Source: Scyliorhinus canicula (taxonomy: Eukaryota). Taken from it: 64,000 nt of DNA. Each line of letters starts with the position of its first letter. The first letter of the stretch is position 1. The notes under the pieces are model-generated. The model saw only the letters and a program-made list of their open reading frames with translations. It was not told the DNA's origin and ran no database searches. A program made the translations under genes and the position numbers. The DNA lies in assembly GCF_902713615.1 (NCBI RefSeq), contig NC_052146.1, positions 192,839,199-192,903,198 on the forward strand, in the 5' to 3' direction. Shown piece by piece: positions 1 through 12,144 of this stretch.

Positions 1-468
1 TAAAGGCAGTTTAGCATGTCCAATCCACCTAACCTGCACGTCTTTGGGCTGTGGGAGGAAACCGGAGCACCCGGAGGAAACCCATGCAGACATGGGGAGA
101 ACGTGCAGACGCCGCACAGACACTGACCCAGCGGGGAATCTAACCTGGATCCTGACACTGTGAAGCCACAGTGCTATCCACTTGTGCTACTGTGCTGCCC
201 AGGCATTTGCTTGAAATTAATTTGCTGTACAAAAATAAGGACACTCAAGACTTGTGCCTCCAAGTCACCATTTCATAGAGCATCATGGAGCCTCATTTGC
301 ACATATGAAGTTTACACTCATTCTCAACCAAGTTGCAAATGTCTTAATTTGCTGATACTCCGGCCTGGCCGTACTGACCCAGAATTGATTCATCAATCAG
401 CCAACAGTGCTAAACACAGCCCTCTCTGAATCCCCAGAAAGTTAAATGGGGAGTGAAACTGCAACAAG

Positions 469-1115
469 GGGCGGGATTCTCCCCTGCGGGGCGGGGGGTC
501 CCGGCGTAGCGGAGTGGCGCCAACCACTCTGGCGTCGGGCCTCCCCAAAGGTGCGGAGTTCTCTGCACCTTTAGGGGCAAAGCCCTCACATTGAGGGGCT
601 AGGCCCGTGCCGGAGTGGTTGGCACCACACCGGCTGGCACCCAAACCGGCTCCAGCGGCCTTTGACGCCCGGGGCTGGCCGAAAGGCCTTCGCCGGTTTG
701 CGCATGCGCCGGTGCGTCAGCTGCCGCTGACGTCACCACCGGCGCATGCATGCTGGGGGATTCTCTTCCGCCTCCGCCATGGTGGAGGCCGTGGCGGCGA
801 CGGAAGAAAAAGAGTGCCCCCACTGCACTGGGCCGATCGGTGGGTCCCGATCACGGGCCTGGCCACTTTGGTCCGATCGCCCCCCCCAGGGGCCCGATCC
901 CGCCACCACCAGAGGTGGTTCAAACCACGGCGGCGGGAGAGGCCTCCCAGCGGCGGGAGTTCGGCCCATCGCGGGCCGGAGAATCGCCACAAGGGGCTCG
1001 CCAATCGGTGGGGCGTGATTCGCGCCCCCGCCAATCCCGGGTGGGGAGAATTTCTGCCACGCTGGGGGCGGGATTTTCGGCGGCCCTGGGCAATTAGGGT
1101 CGGAGAATTTAGCCC
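469..1115. mobile_element. GC/CpG-rich Harbinger/PIF-type MITE
   Basis: TIRs gggcgggattctcc…ggagaatttagccc with a 3-bp TSD aag/aag. Confidence 0.85.
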
Positions 1116-2488
1116 AAGGTATGTGATCACAAGTGGGACTACATTTTTTGACTTCCAAGGGTGAATTCTATTGTTGATGTGTTACATGTGGTCCATACAC
1201 AACTGGTTGTTGGATGGAAGACAAAATACTTGCATTTTTATAGTGTCTTTTGCAAACTCTAGACATCCCAAAGCCCCTTCCAGCCAGCAAAGTTATTTCG
1301 GAATGTAGTCACTATTGTAATGTAGGACCGTGTTTTTCAACTATTTTTCTCGGGACCTACTTTTATCAACTGGTTGACCTTCGGGACCCAGCTGATCGCT
1401 GGCACAGACACAATGGGCCGAAGGGCTGTAAAACTGATTCTATGAAAGAGAGAAATGCAAAGTGCAGACGGGAGCCGCGATGTTGATGTTTAAATTATGG
1501 AAAAATACAAGATTTGAATTGTGCTAGCACCATCGCAACTACATGAATTCAAAATAGTTTGCAGCCAATGAAGTACAGTCACTGCTGTAATGTGCACCGC
1601 AAACTCCCATAAACAGCAATGTGATAAAGACCAGGTAATTTTTTTTTTTTGTCATGTTGATTGAGGGATAACTCCCTGCTTTTATTCAATGTAGTCCCCT
1701 GGAATCTTTTACATCCACATGAGAGACAGCCTGCATTTACAATGGCATCTGGAAAACCGCATTTCTAACAAGATAGCACCACTGCAGCACTCCACTGGGG
1801 TGTTGGCCTAGATGTGGAGCTTAACCCAAAACAGTGTTATCTGGACTCGAAACGTTAGCTTTTTTCTCTCCCTACAGATGTTGCCAGACCTGCTGAGATT
1901 TTCCAGCATTTTCTCTTTAGTAATAAATTATTCTATTTCACTCAAAAATATAACACAAGTCTGTCTAACAGCGTCTAAGGAATTTTGGACAGCCTCTGAT
2001 TTCTGTGTGCTGCATCAATAAATAGCTTTTGACACTTTGAAGAGCTAAACCCAAATCTTAGCCAGTTTAGTGTTCACTGGCAATTATGAGAAAGAATCTT
2101 TGATGGTAATATGATTGCATCAGATGGAGAATGCTGCAGTGTAAGTCTAGAATCTGACAGGCTTGATAGCCTATATTCTTGAGTTATTGTGACTCTGGTC
2201 TCTTGTGTATCTTTATCCCCTCTCCTTTTGCTCCTCTATTGACTAACATGTTTTCAGCTGCCTCGGCCCAACAGTGTGAAATTCCCTCTCAGTCCATCTA
2301 CTCTTCTCTCCTCCTTTTTTAATACCTTCCTTAAAACCCATTTTTCTGACTTGAGCATCCAAGAAATGAACTATAGAAAAATGTTTCCATACTGCACTTA
2401 AATCGGTCAAGGTGATTCTTTTCAGTTACAATGGATTTTGGTTACGAGAGAGTTTCTGCAGCTGATTAATGAGTTTATTACATATACA

Positions 2489-3898
2489 TGGTGGAAGACA
2501 CCAGTGGATGCCAGAGCTCCAGGAGAACCAGGGGGCAGAGGTGAGTGCAGTGACCATTACTAAGGAGAAGGTTCTGGGGAAACTGAAAGGTCTGAAGGTG
2601 GATAAATCACCTGGACCAGATGGACTAAACCCCAGGATTCTAAAAGAGATAGTTGAGGAGATTGTGGAGGCATTGGTGGTGATCTTTCAAGATTCGCTGG
2701 AGGCAGGAAGGGTCCCAGAGGACTGGAAAGTGGCTAATGTAACACCGCTGTTTAAGAAGGTAGAGAGGCAGAAGATTGGAATTATAGGCTGGTTACCCTG
2801 ACTTCCGTCATTAGTAAGATATTAGAGTCCATTATTAAAAATGAGATTGCAGAGTACTTGGGAATGCATGACAAAATAGGACTGAGTCAGCACATCTTTG
2901 CCAAAGGAAGGTCATGTCTGACAAATCTGTTCTTTGAGGAGGTAACAAGGAAGTTAGATAAAGGAGTACCACTGGACGTGATTTATTTAGATTTCCAGAA
3001 GGCCTTTAACAAGGTGCCACATAGGAGGCTGTTAAATATGTTACGGGTAAGATCCCGGCATGGATAGAGGATTGGCTGACTGGCAGAAGGCAGAGAGTGG
3101 GGATAAAGGGGCCTTTTTCAGGATGACAGCTGATGACAAGTGGTGTGCCTCAGGGGTCTGTACTGGGTCCACAACGTTTTACAATATACATTAATGATAT
3201 GGACGAAGGAACTGAAGGCACTGTTGCTAAGTTTGCAGATGATACAAAGATCTGTAGACTGACAGGTAGTATTGAGGAAGCAGGTGGGCTGCAGAAGGAC
3301 TTGGCAGGCTAGGAGAGTGGGCAAAGAATTGGCAAATGGAATACAATGTGGAAAAGTGAGGTTATGCACTTTGGAAGGAGGAATGGAGGAATAGACTATT
3401 TTCTAAATGGGGAAATGCTTAGGAAATCAGAAGCACAAAAGGACTCGGGAATCCTTGTTCAAGATTATCTTACGGTTAATGTGCAGGTTCAGTCGGCAGT
3501 CAGGGAGGCAATTTCAATGACAGCATTCATGTCGAGAGGCCTAGAATACAAGACCAGGGATATACTTCTGAGGCTATATAAGGCTCTGGTCAGACCCCAT
3601 TTGGAGTATTGTGAGCAGTTTTGGGCCCCTTATCTAAGGAAGGATGAGCTGGCCTTGGAAAGGGTCCAGAGGAGGTTCACAAGAATGATCCCTGGAATGA
3701 AGAGCTTGTCCTATGAGGAACAACTGAGTATTCTGAGTGTCTTTAAGACGGAGATAGATAGGTTCTTGGTTAATAAGGGGATCAGGGGTTATGGAGAGAA
3801 AGCAGGAGAATGGATGAGAAAAATATCAGCCATGATTGAATGGCGGAGCAAACTCGATGGCCTGAGTGGCCTAATTCTGCTCCTATGTTTTATGGTCT
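2489..3898 (+). mobile_element. CR1-clade LINE (HER1-like), 5'-truncated and decayed
   Basis: KSPGPDG, DWKVANVTPLFKK, GRSCLTNL, YLDFQKAF, KFADD and LVRPHLEYC, followed by a CR1 3' UTR. Confidence 0.92.
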
Positions 3899-4418
3899 TG
3901 CATCAGCCTTTTGTTGGTGTAGAGGTACAGATTTTATTCAAAATAGAAATGGGCGATAAGTTTTAATTTATTGGAAAACAAAGATGCTTCGTTGTTTTTA
4001 TGCGGGCAGGGATTTATTGTCAGTGAACAGATGTTCATTGCTATTTTGCCTAAGAAGAACAAGGCAATTTGAAACCTTAAACGATATTGAATAGCAAAAG
4101 AAACAACATTTACTGAGTTGTCCTGTTCTGGGACTTCTGTTTAGTCTGTACATGGAATATCTCACTCGTTCAATAAATTATGCAGCTGACAATTGTGGTC
4201 ATACAGGTTAGTCCCAGTGTCTGATGAGGAGTTCCTGGTTTAAAGCTGCAGGTTTTAGTTAAGCATTTTGCAATTAGCAAAAATATAGTGAGGGTAGGTA
4301 TAGACAGAGCATGGACTGAAAACTGGATCATAACAAGCAATCTTCCATCGGACACTTAAATATTGGAGCATCTGGAAACCTGAAAGCATAAACAGAACAA
4401 AGCTGGTCAGGCAATGCC

Positions 4419-4694
4419 CAACACCCTGACTCCGTCCCTCTTCACCACCCTCCTTTCCCCTCTCTCCCCACCACCCCACTTCCTTTCCTTTCTGTTGGCA
4501 CTGAGGCAAGGGTATCTGGTCTGTCCAGCACACTGTTTAGTGCAACTGTGTTGTGAACTGTTTTAATAAACAGTATCCTACGCCCCTTCCCCGTACGTTG
4601 GTACTGAGGGGAGGGTACCTTGTTTCTCCAACACAGTTATTGTTTGTACCGTTTTGTCTTGTATATATTTTTTTACGGTTTTAATAAAAAGATA
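4419..4694 (+). mobile_element. Two tandem 3'-end units of a Tx1/L1-type retroelement with a degenerate 15-bp TSD
   Basis: tggtcaggcaatgcc (4404-4418) versus tggtcaagcagtgcc (4695-4709). The unit ttgg(c/t)actgagg..agggta…tcca.caca…taataaa appears twice. Confidence 0.6.
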
Positions 4695-4951
4695 TGGTCA
4701 AGCAGTGCCTGTCCTGAGGAAGTCTCGATCCTTGAAATGTCAGTTAACTGGCTTCTGTTTCTCTGTTGATGCAACCTGACCAGCTGATTATTTACGGATT
4801 TTTTTTTCTTCAGTCTTTGTCTTCCATTTACCACAATGTTCCCAACTTTTGCCAGGTAAATTGGAAGGGTTTGTGGGCAAGCCTTGGTGTTGAACTAGAC
4901 ATGATCAGGGATGTGACAGCCTGGCTGACCTTAATGGAGCTTCATTTAGAT

Positions 4952-5280
4952 CACTGTTTTTCAAACTTTTTTGCCCAATTTTACCAACGGGCCGACCTTC
5001 ACGACTTACGGCGGCCGATCTTTACGCCCCACACCAGACATCAGGAGGAGGCAGTGTTTCTCTCTGGGCTCTGGACATGCGCACTGACGAGTAGGCATGC
5101 ATGTTCAGCGTGTCCACATTTTTAAAGCCGCTCGCAGCCGGCATTTTTAAAAGCTGGCTGCTGCGGCCGTTGCGCCTGAATTCACGTGATTGGGGACGCC
5201 TCCATGGATGGCTCAGCGACCCTCCCGACACCTGCCCATGACCCACCTGCGGGTCGCGACCCCCACTTTCAAAATGCCTG
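4952..5280. mobile_element. hAT (Charlie-type) MITE
   Basis: Perfect 8-bp TSD atttagat (4944-4951 and 5281-5288). Termini cactgtttttcaaact…actttcaaaatgcctg. A related 5' fragment lies at about 1328-1390. Confidence 0.85.
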
Positions 5281-5958
5281 ATTTAGATGACATCTCCTGA
5301 GCTTACGCCCAACACCAAGCTGGACACATTATAGTACAGTCAAGCGGGGAAAGGAATTTGGTGGCAGGTAACTGCTGCCAGGAATCGCAGGCATGTAATT
5401 GGTAGTCAGTAAGAGGGAATTCTTTGCAGTGAGGTTGGGACTTCCTGATTCCCGTTGCAAGTTGGGAGTGGTGTGAGGTGCTGCTGAGGTGGCCCACAAA
5501 CTCCTTGAGGGACCTGGGAGGCACACTAGCCTGCGAGGAGTTTGAAGAGAAGGTAATTTTACAAACTTAGCTAATCAGTTCCTAGCACCCTGGTTTTGCA
5601 GGACTCGCCCAATACTCACCTTGATGGGGTCCAGTCCAGCAGCTGCATAGAGTCATACAGTACAGAAGAGGCCATCCGATTCATTGCGTTTACAACGACA
5701 AAACTTCACTAAATCTCCACTAATCCCACTTTGCAGCACTTGGCCCATAGCCTTGAATGTTATGACATTTTATGTGCTTGTCCACTTTTTAAAGGGCACA
5801 TAGGTTTGTGGGGTTTTCCACCTCTACTACCCTCCCAGACTGTGCATTCCAGGCTCTCACCACATCTGGGTGAAAAACGTTTTTCTCAAATCCCCCTGCC
5901 CCTCACTTCGAGGTTATGCCCCCACGTTATTGACCCTGCAACTAAGGGGAATTGCAAG

Positions 5959-7540
5959 GAGGATGAGCAAACTGACCACAGGACTGTGTTACAAGGAGCC
6001 ATTCAAGTGGGGTGAGGAAAGAAATCTGGGCGTAATTAGGGATAGTATCGTTAGGGGCATTGACATTATTCTGTGACCAGGATCGAGAGTCCCGAAGGTT
6101 GTGTTACCTGCCTGGTGCTCCGGTTTGGGACATCTCAGCTGGGCTGCAGAGAAACCTGGAGTGGGAGCATTAAGATCCAGTTGTAGTGGTCCACGTACGT
6201 ACCAACAACATAGGTAGGACAAGAACGGAAGCTCTGCTGAAGGAATATTAGGGGCTAGGGCAGCACGGTGGCAGAGTGGTTAGCACTACTGCCTCATGGT
6301 GCCGGGGACTCTGGTTCGATCCCAGCCCCAGGTCACTATCCGTGTGGGGTTTGCACGTTCTCCCCGTGTCTGTGTGTGTCTCACCCACGTAACCCCAAAA
6401 GATGCTCAGGGTAGGTGGATTGGCCATAATAAATTGGCCTTTTAATTGGGGGGAAAAAAAGAATTGGGTAGTCAACTTTATATTTTTTTAAACGAGCAGC
6501 TAGGAACTAAAGTAAAAAGCAGAGCCAAAAGGGTAATAATGTCTGGATTACTACCTGAGCCACGAGCTAATTGGCAATATTAAAGAAGTAAATGTGTGGC
6601 TTGAAGGTTGGCGTGGGAGAAATGGGTTTGAGTTCATGGACTGGCACCAGTCATGGGGAAGGAGGGAGTTGTTTCAATCGGACAGTCTTCACCTGAACCA
6701 AGCTGGGACCAGAGTCCTGACGAATTGCATAACTAGGGCTCTAAACTAAATGGTGGGAGGGGAGGGTTCATCTGTGTGGAAAATTAGAAAATCACAAAAA
6801 GGAGACAGTGAGAGTGCAGGAGAATAATGAGGAGTTTAAATTAGTTAAAGGGGCAAGGGCTCAGGAGAGGTTAGTAAAGGCTCCAGCACATGTAATAGAA
6901 CAGAAAGCAGCAGGAATCTAACTTCAGGCACAGTAAAAACAGATAAAGCTATGGGAAGGTGAGGTGGTCAACGCAGGACTGAGGGTGTTGTACCTAAAAG
7001 CACGCTGTATAGGATAAAAGGTAAACGGTCAGAAGACATTGAATCTGTGGGTAGAGTTGAGGAATTACAAAGAAAAAAAAACCCTGATGGAAGATATGCG
7101 CAGGCCCCCGAGCAATAGCCAGTATGTTAAACAGAAAATCAGGAGATAGAAAAGGCATATAAGAAAGTGAAGGGACAGTGACCACAATATGTTAGAATTC
7201 ACATTGCAGTTTGAGGGGGAGAAGCTGGAATCAGATGTAATAGTGCAATTAAATAAAGGTAACTACAAAGACTTGAGGGAGGAGCTGGCCAGAGTTGATT
7301 GGAAGAGGAGTCTAGCAGTGAGGACCAGCAGTTTTGCGGGTTGTTTGGAAGGCACAACAGAAATTCATCCCAAGACGGAGGAAACAGGCTATGGAAAGGA
7401 CAAGGCAACCATGGCTGACAAGGGAAGTCAAGGAGAGCATAAAAGCAAAGGAAAAAGCATACAATGTGGCAAGGAATAGGGGGAAGCCAGAGCATTGGTA
7501 AGCCTTTAAAAGCAAGAAGAGGACAACTAAAAAAGCAATG
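5959..7540 (+). mobile_element. CR1 LINE 5' part (SGNH-esterase-type ORF1 plus deleted ORF2); its probable 3' end resumes at 11273-11422
   Basis: DSIVRG and LPGA…DPVVVVHV.TNN esterase-like ORF1 remnants, and NKGNYK…ELARVDW from ORF2. Interrupted by a SINE and by the L1. Confidence 0.8.
6258..6492 (+). mobile_element. Short V-SINE (further copies or fragments at about 22583-22807 -, 27279-27410 +, 41410-41518 -, 43464-43653 -, 63337-63564 +, 63826-64000 -)
   Basis: Same tRNA head and V-domain, with an aattgg…aattgggta.tc tail. Confidence 0.9.
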
Positions 7541-7544
7541 GGGA

Positions 7545-10500
7545 GGGCTGGGGGCTATGGGCAGTGCAAACAACAACGGCAACAGTGGGCACCTGCCTTG
7601 TACCCCTGTGTAATTCAAAGCTTCGTGAGCTCATCTCATTAGTTCGCACACTCCTTTGGTGCCACATATAGCAAGCGCACCCAAACCTCGAACAAGTACT
7701 GCCACCCAACCCGGTTGAATGCCTTCTCCGCGTCCACGGACGCCACTACTTCCGGTACCAGGGCACCTGATGGATTCATGACTACATTCAACAACCTTCT
7801 TGTATTACTCGCGAGCTGCCTGCTCTTTACGAAGCTGTTTGATCCTCCGCAGCCACTCCCGGGACACAATCCTCCATCCTACCCACCAGAAATTTAGCCT
7901 ATACTTTCACATCAGTATTCAACAGTGATATGGCCTGTACGACCCACATTCCACCAGGTTTTTCCGCTTTTTCAGGGTTAACGTAATCACTGCCTCCGAG
8001 GGGCAGCACGGTGGCACAGTGGTTAGCATTGTTGCCTACGGCGCTGAGGACCCGGGTTCGAATCCCGGCCCTGGGTCACTGTCCGTGTGGAGTTTGCACA
8101 TTCTCCCCGTGTCTGCGTGGGTTTCGCCCCCACATTCCAAAAGATGTGCAGGACAGGTGGATTGGTCACGCTAAATTGCCCACTTAATTGGAAAAAATAA
8201 TTGGGTACTCTAAATTTATAAAAAAAAAAAAAAAAAAAATCACTGCCTCCGTTATCATTTCCGGCAGCTCCCTCTTCAACGCCCCCAAAAGCTGTGTGCC
8301 AGGTCTGTCGCGAATTCCTTCTAAAATTTTCCCGGATATCCATCCAGCTCTGCGGCCTTCCCTGACTTCATACTCCTGATACTATCCAACACCTCTCTCA
8401 GCCCCAGGGGCTCCTCCAGCGCTTGCCTCTTTATTTTTTCCAACTGGGGAAACTGCAGCTCTCCAAAAACCATCCCAAGTCCCTCTCCTTTGGCCTAGGA
8501 TCCGCCTCGTACAATCCCTGGTAATACTCCCTAAAATGCCTCATTTATCTTCCCTGGCTCCGACACCTCATCCCTAGTCCGTTTCCTCAGTATTTCCCTG
8601 GATGTGGTCTGCTTCTGCAGCTGGTGCGCTAGCACGCTACTCGCCTTCTCCCCATATTCATACTGCACCCCTCTAGCCCTACGTAGCTGTCTACCGCCTT
8701 CCCCGTTGTCAGCCTGTCACATTGCCCCAGCAACCTTTTCCTCCTCCAAAGCCCCTCGACAAAACTACACTAAATCTCCACTAATTCCCCTTTCCAGCAC
8801 TTGGCCCATGGCCTTGAATGTTATGATATTTCACGTGCTCATCCACTTTTTAAAGGTTGTACAAAGATACGTAGGTTTCCCGCCTCTAGTACCCTCCCAA
8901 ACAGTGCATTCCAGGCTCCCACTACCATCTGAATGAAAAACCCTTTTCTCAAATCTCCTCTAAACCTCCTGCCCCTCACTTCAAGATTATGCTCCCTCGT
9001 TATTGACCCTGTAACTAAGGGGAATTGCAGAAAAACAGATCTGTATGAACCTGAACATGCTGCAAATAGCTGAAAACTTCATTGCTTACAAGGCAGCAAA
9101 ATGCACCTGTTTGTCTGCACCTCCGTGGTGGGCACCCTTGAATACTCCCTATCCACCTCCATTATCTCGCTCTTTAGGCGGTCATCTGCCAAAAACCCTG
9201 AATCAAACCTCCACCCTGACCTCTGCTCTCATCCCGGTCTAAGCCGAATCTCCAACCAGTGGGGCACGTTGTCCGAAATAACTATCCCCGAGTACTCTGC
9301 CCCCTCCACCCCAACCAAAATCTCCCGGCTCACCACAAAATGAATACACCTTATAAATGTGTGGGAGAAAAAAAGGAATACTTCCTTCCCCCCAGGTTCT
9401 TGAAGCGCCGCGGATCCACCATAACCATCCTTTCTATAAACCCACCCAGCTCTTTTGCCATTCGTACCCTACCCATCGACCTGGGGCTTGACCTATCCAC
9501 CTTCGTCTCTAGGACACTTAAAATCTCCCATAATCAACTGGTGCGTTGCCAAGTCCGGAATTGTTGCCAGCAACCCTCTCATAAAACCTACATCATCCTA
9601 ATTTGGTACATACACGTTTGCCAACACCACCAGCCTCCCTTCCAATACCCCACTCACAATCACATATCCCCCACCCAGATCCCTCACTTCCTTCAAACTC
9701 ACAAATCTCATTTTCTTACTCATTAAAATTGCCACTCCCCTCGATTTCGAATCGAATCCAGAGTGGAAAACCTGCCCGACCCACTCATTCCTTAACCAAA
9801 CCTGGTTCTTTACACGGAGGTGTGTCTCCTACAGAGAGACCACCTCCACTTTCAAGCTCCCGAGGTGCACAAACACCCCCGATCATTTAAACGGTCCATT
9901 AAATCCTCGGATGTCTCCCGTCACCAACCTTACCGGAGGCTTACGCCTCCGTTTCCCACTACCATCCATCCTGCTGACCTTGCCCTCTCCGACCTAAATG
10001 AAGACTCAACCTGAATTCCAGGTCACCTCCCCAAAAGCAAACGATAAACACAAACAGCCCCATAAAACAAGAGGGAGGATGCACATAAACCTTCGACCCG
10101 TACCAACCCAACAGTAAACAACAAACCCAAAAAAGGACGCCCTCCAAATCGGAGGGAGCAAAAAGAAAAACTCCCTACCCCCACTTAAACCATATTCCCA
10201 ACCATTCCGAAATGCCAGTTCCCCAGCATCGTTCCACTCCGTTCTACCCAAGTTTATGCTCCTTGATGAAGTCCTCGGCCGCTTCTGGGATCTCGAAGTA
10301 ATATTCCTGGCATTCAAACATCACCCATAATTTCGCTGGGTAGAGTACACCACACCTGATCCTTCGCCGGCACAACTTCACCTTGGCCTTCTTGAACCCT
10401 GCCCGCCGTTTTGCCAACTCGGTCTAATGTCGTGATATATTCGGACCTTGTTCTCCTCCCATTTTCAGATACACTTCTCCCTAGCCCAACGCAACATCTC

Positions 10501-11272
10501 TCTCCACAAATTTGTGGAGTCTCTCAATCACCACCCACAGAGGCTCCCCAGCTCTAGGCTTCTGCCTCGGACCTGTGTGCTCTGTCCACTTCAGGGGCCT
10601 TATCTAGCACCCCCTCCACCACCAGCCCGCCAGCATCTTTGAAACGTACCTCATGGCACTCGCACCTTCCTTTCCTTTAGGCGGGCCCACTATTCGCAGG
10701 TTCTGCCTTCTCAAGGTGTTCTCCTGATCCTCCACCTTTGCCCTCAATGTTTTGCACGGGTCTCCTAAGAGCCCCAGCTTCACCTCCAGTGCAACCACTC
10801 GATCGCTGTGGTCCGAGATCACGCCTTCGATCTCTCTGATCTGCGACCCTGCATCTCCAAATACTTCTTCAGACATTCCATCAGCTTTTCAGGGATGCCC
10901 CAGCTCCTTTGATGGCCTCCAGCGAACCTCCTGCATCTCCTTCCTTTGCTGGTGGAATTCCTCGCGAGTAAAAGTCATCAACTGCTCCACCTGGGGCTTT
11001 CCGCCTGACAGCAGCCCTTCTCTGCAGCCATCCTTACACCGACTGCTGCACCACAGATGTCCTTCAAGTCTTTGGTCAGGTCTCTCACCGTCTTATGTCT
11101 TGTTTGGTAACCAGCGGACATACCACTCCTGGGGAAAAACTACTCCGACCTTCAACTACACCTTTTTGTTGAAATTGCACCCAATATCGGGTAAAAAGAG
11201 CTCTTTCCTATGCCTTAGAGCAGGAACTGCCCTGTGTGCGACCACTCACACCATATCCGCCACCAGAAGTCC
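7545..11272 (-). mobile_element. Older, internally deleted L1-clade element with its 5' end intact, inserted in a CR1
   Basis: 5' end GGACTTCTGG at 11272. ORF1 remnant (RRQNLRIVG, 10604-10876), EN remnant (about 9100-9900) and RT remnant (VDAEKAFNRVGWQYL, 7639-7869). CR1 sequence lies on both sides. Confidence 0.85.
8001..8237 (+). mobile_element. Short poly(A)-tailed tRNA/V-SINE (HE1-related)
   Basis: A box tggcacagtgg, B box ggttcgaatcc, V-domain and an A-tail of about 20 nt. 14-bp TSD aatcactgcctccg (7985-7998 and 8238-8251). Confidence 0.92.
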
Positions 11273-11909
11273 TAAGTCAGAGATAGATAGTTCTTGATTA
11301 ATATGGGAATTAGGGGTTATGAGGAGAAGGCAGGAGAATGGGGATGAGAAACCTATCAGCCATGATTGAATGGCGGAGCACTCGAAGGGCCGAATGGCCC
11401 AATTCTGCTCCTATGTCTTGTGGAACAGCTGTTTCATATCCACCCTGTCCGTGCCCACATAATCTTGTGCACTTCAATCAGTTCCTTGCTCATTTTAAGT
11501 TCTCGCTCGCTCGCCTCATCCAGGGCCTGAATCACCAGCAATAACAAACAGCACTGAAATTAGCAGCCAGGTAACCTGTTTTGTGATGGTGGTTTAGATA
11601 TTGACCAGGTCACTGGGAGAATGTCCCTTCAGAATAGTGCAGTGGGATGTTTTCGGCCCAGCTGAGAGTGCAGTTAATAATAATAATCTTTATTGTCACA
11701 AGTAGGCTTACATTAAGACTGCAATGAAGTTACTGTGAAAAGTTGGGGCCCAGGTCTAACATTTCACCTGAAAGATGACACCTCAAAAACAGTATAGCAC
11801 TCCTTTAGTTCTGCACTGGAATGTCAGTCTGGAATATGTGACCAAGTTGTGCTTGAGCCCACATCCTTCTGGCTGATGATGCAATAGTTCTACTAACTGG
11901 GCCATGTCT

Positions 11910-12144
11910 TTTTTTTTCTTCTTCTAAAATTTAGAGTACCCAATTAAATTTTTCCAATTAAAGGGCAATTTAGCGTGGCCAATCCACCTAGCCTGCACAT
12001 CTTTGGGTTGTGGGGGCGAAACCCACGCAAACACGGGGAGAATGTGCAAACTCCACACGGACAGTGACCCAGAGCCGGGATCGAACCTGGGACCTTGGCG
12101 CCGTGAGGCAGCAGGGCTAACCCACTGCGCCACCGTGCTGCCCG
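11910..12144 (-). mobile_element. Short poly(A)-tailed V-SINE
   Basis: 15-bp TSD aactgggccatgtct (11895-11909 and 12145-12159). Confidence 0.92.

Noticed and set aside
607-1164. Overlapping long ORFs in the GC-rich islands (also 27534-28128 and 32188-32980), possible CpG-island promoters
   Set aside because: Bounded by TIRs and TSDs, so these are MITEs. High GC explains the lack of stops.
8001-8075. tRNA-like sequences with A and B boxes
   Set aside because: They are SINE heads that continue into the V-domain. I found no stand-alone tRNA gene.
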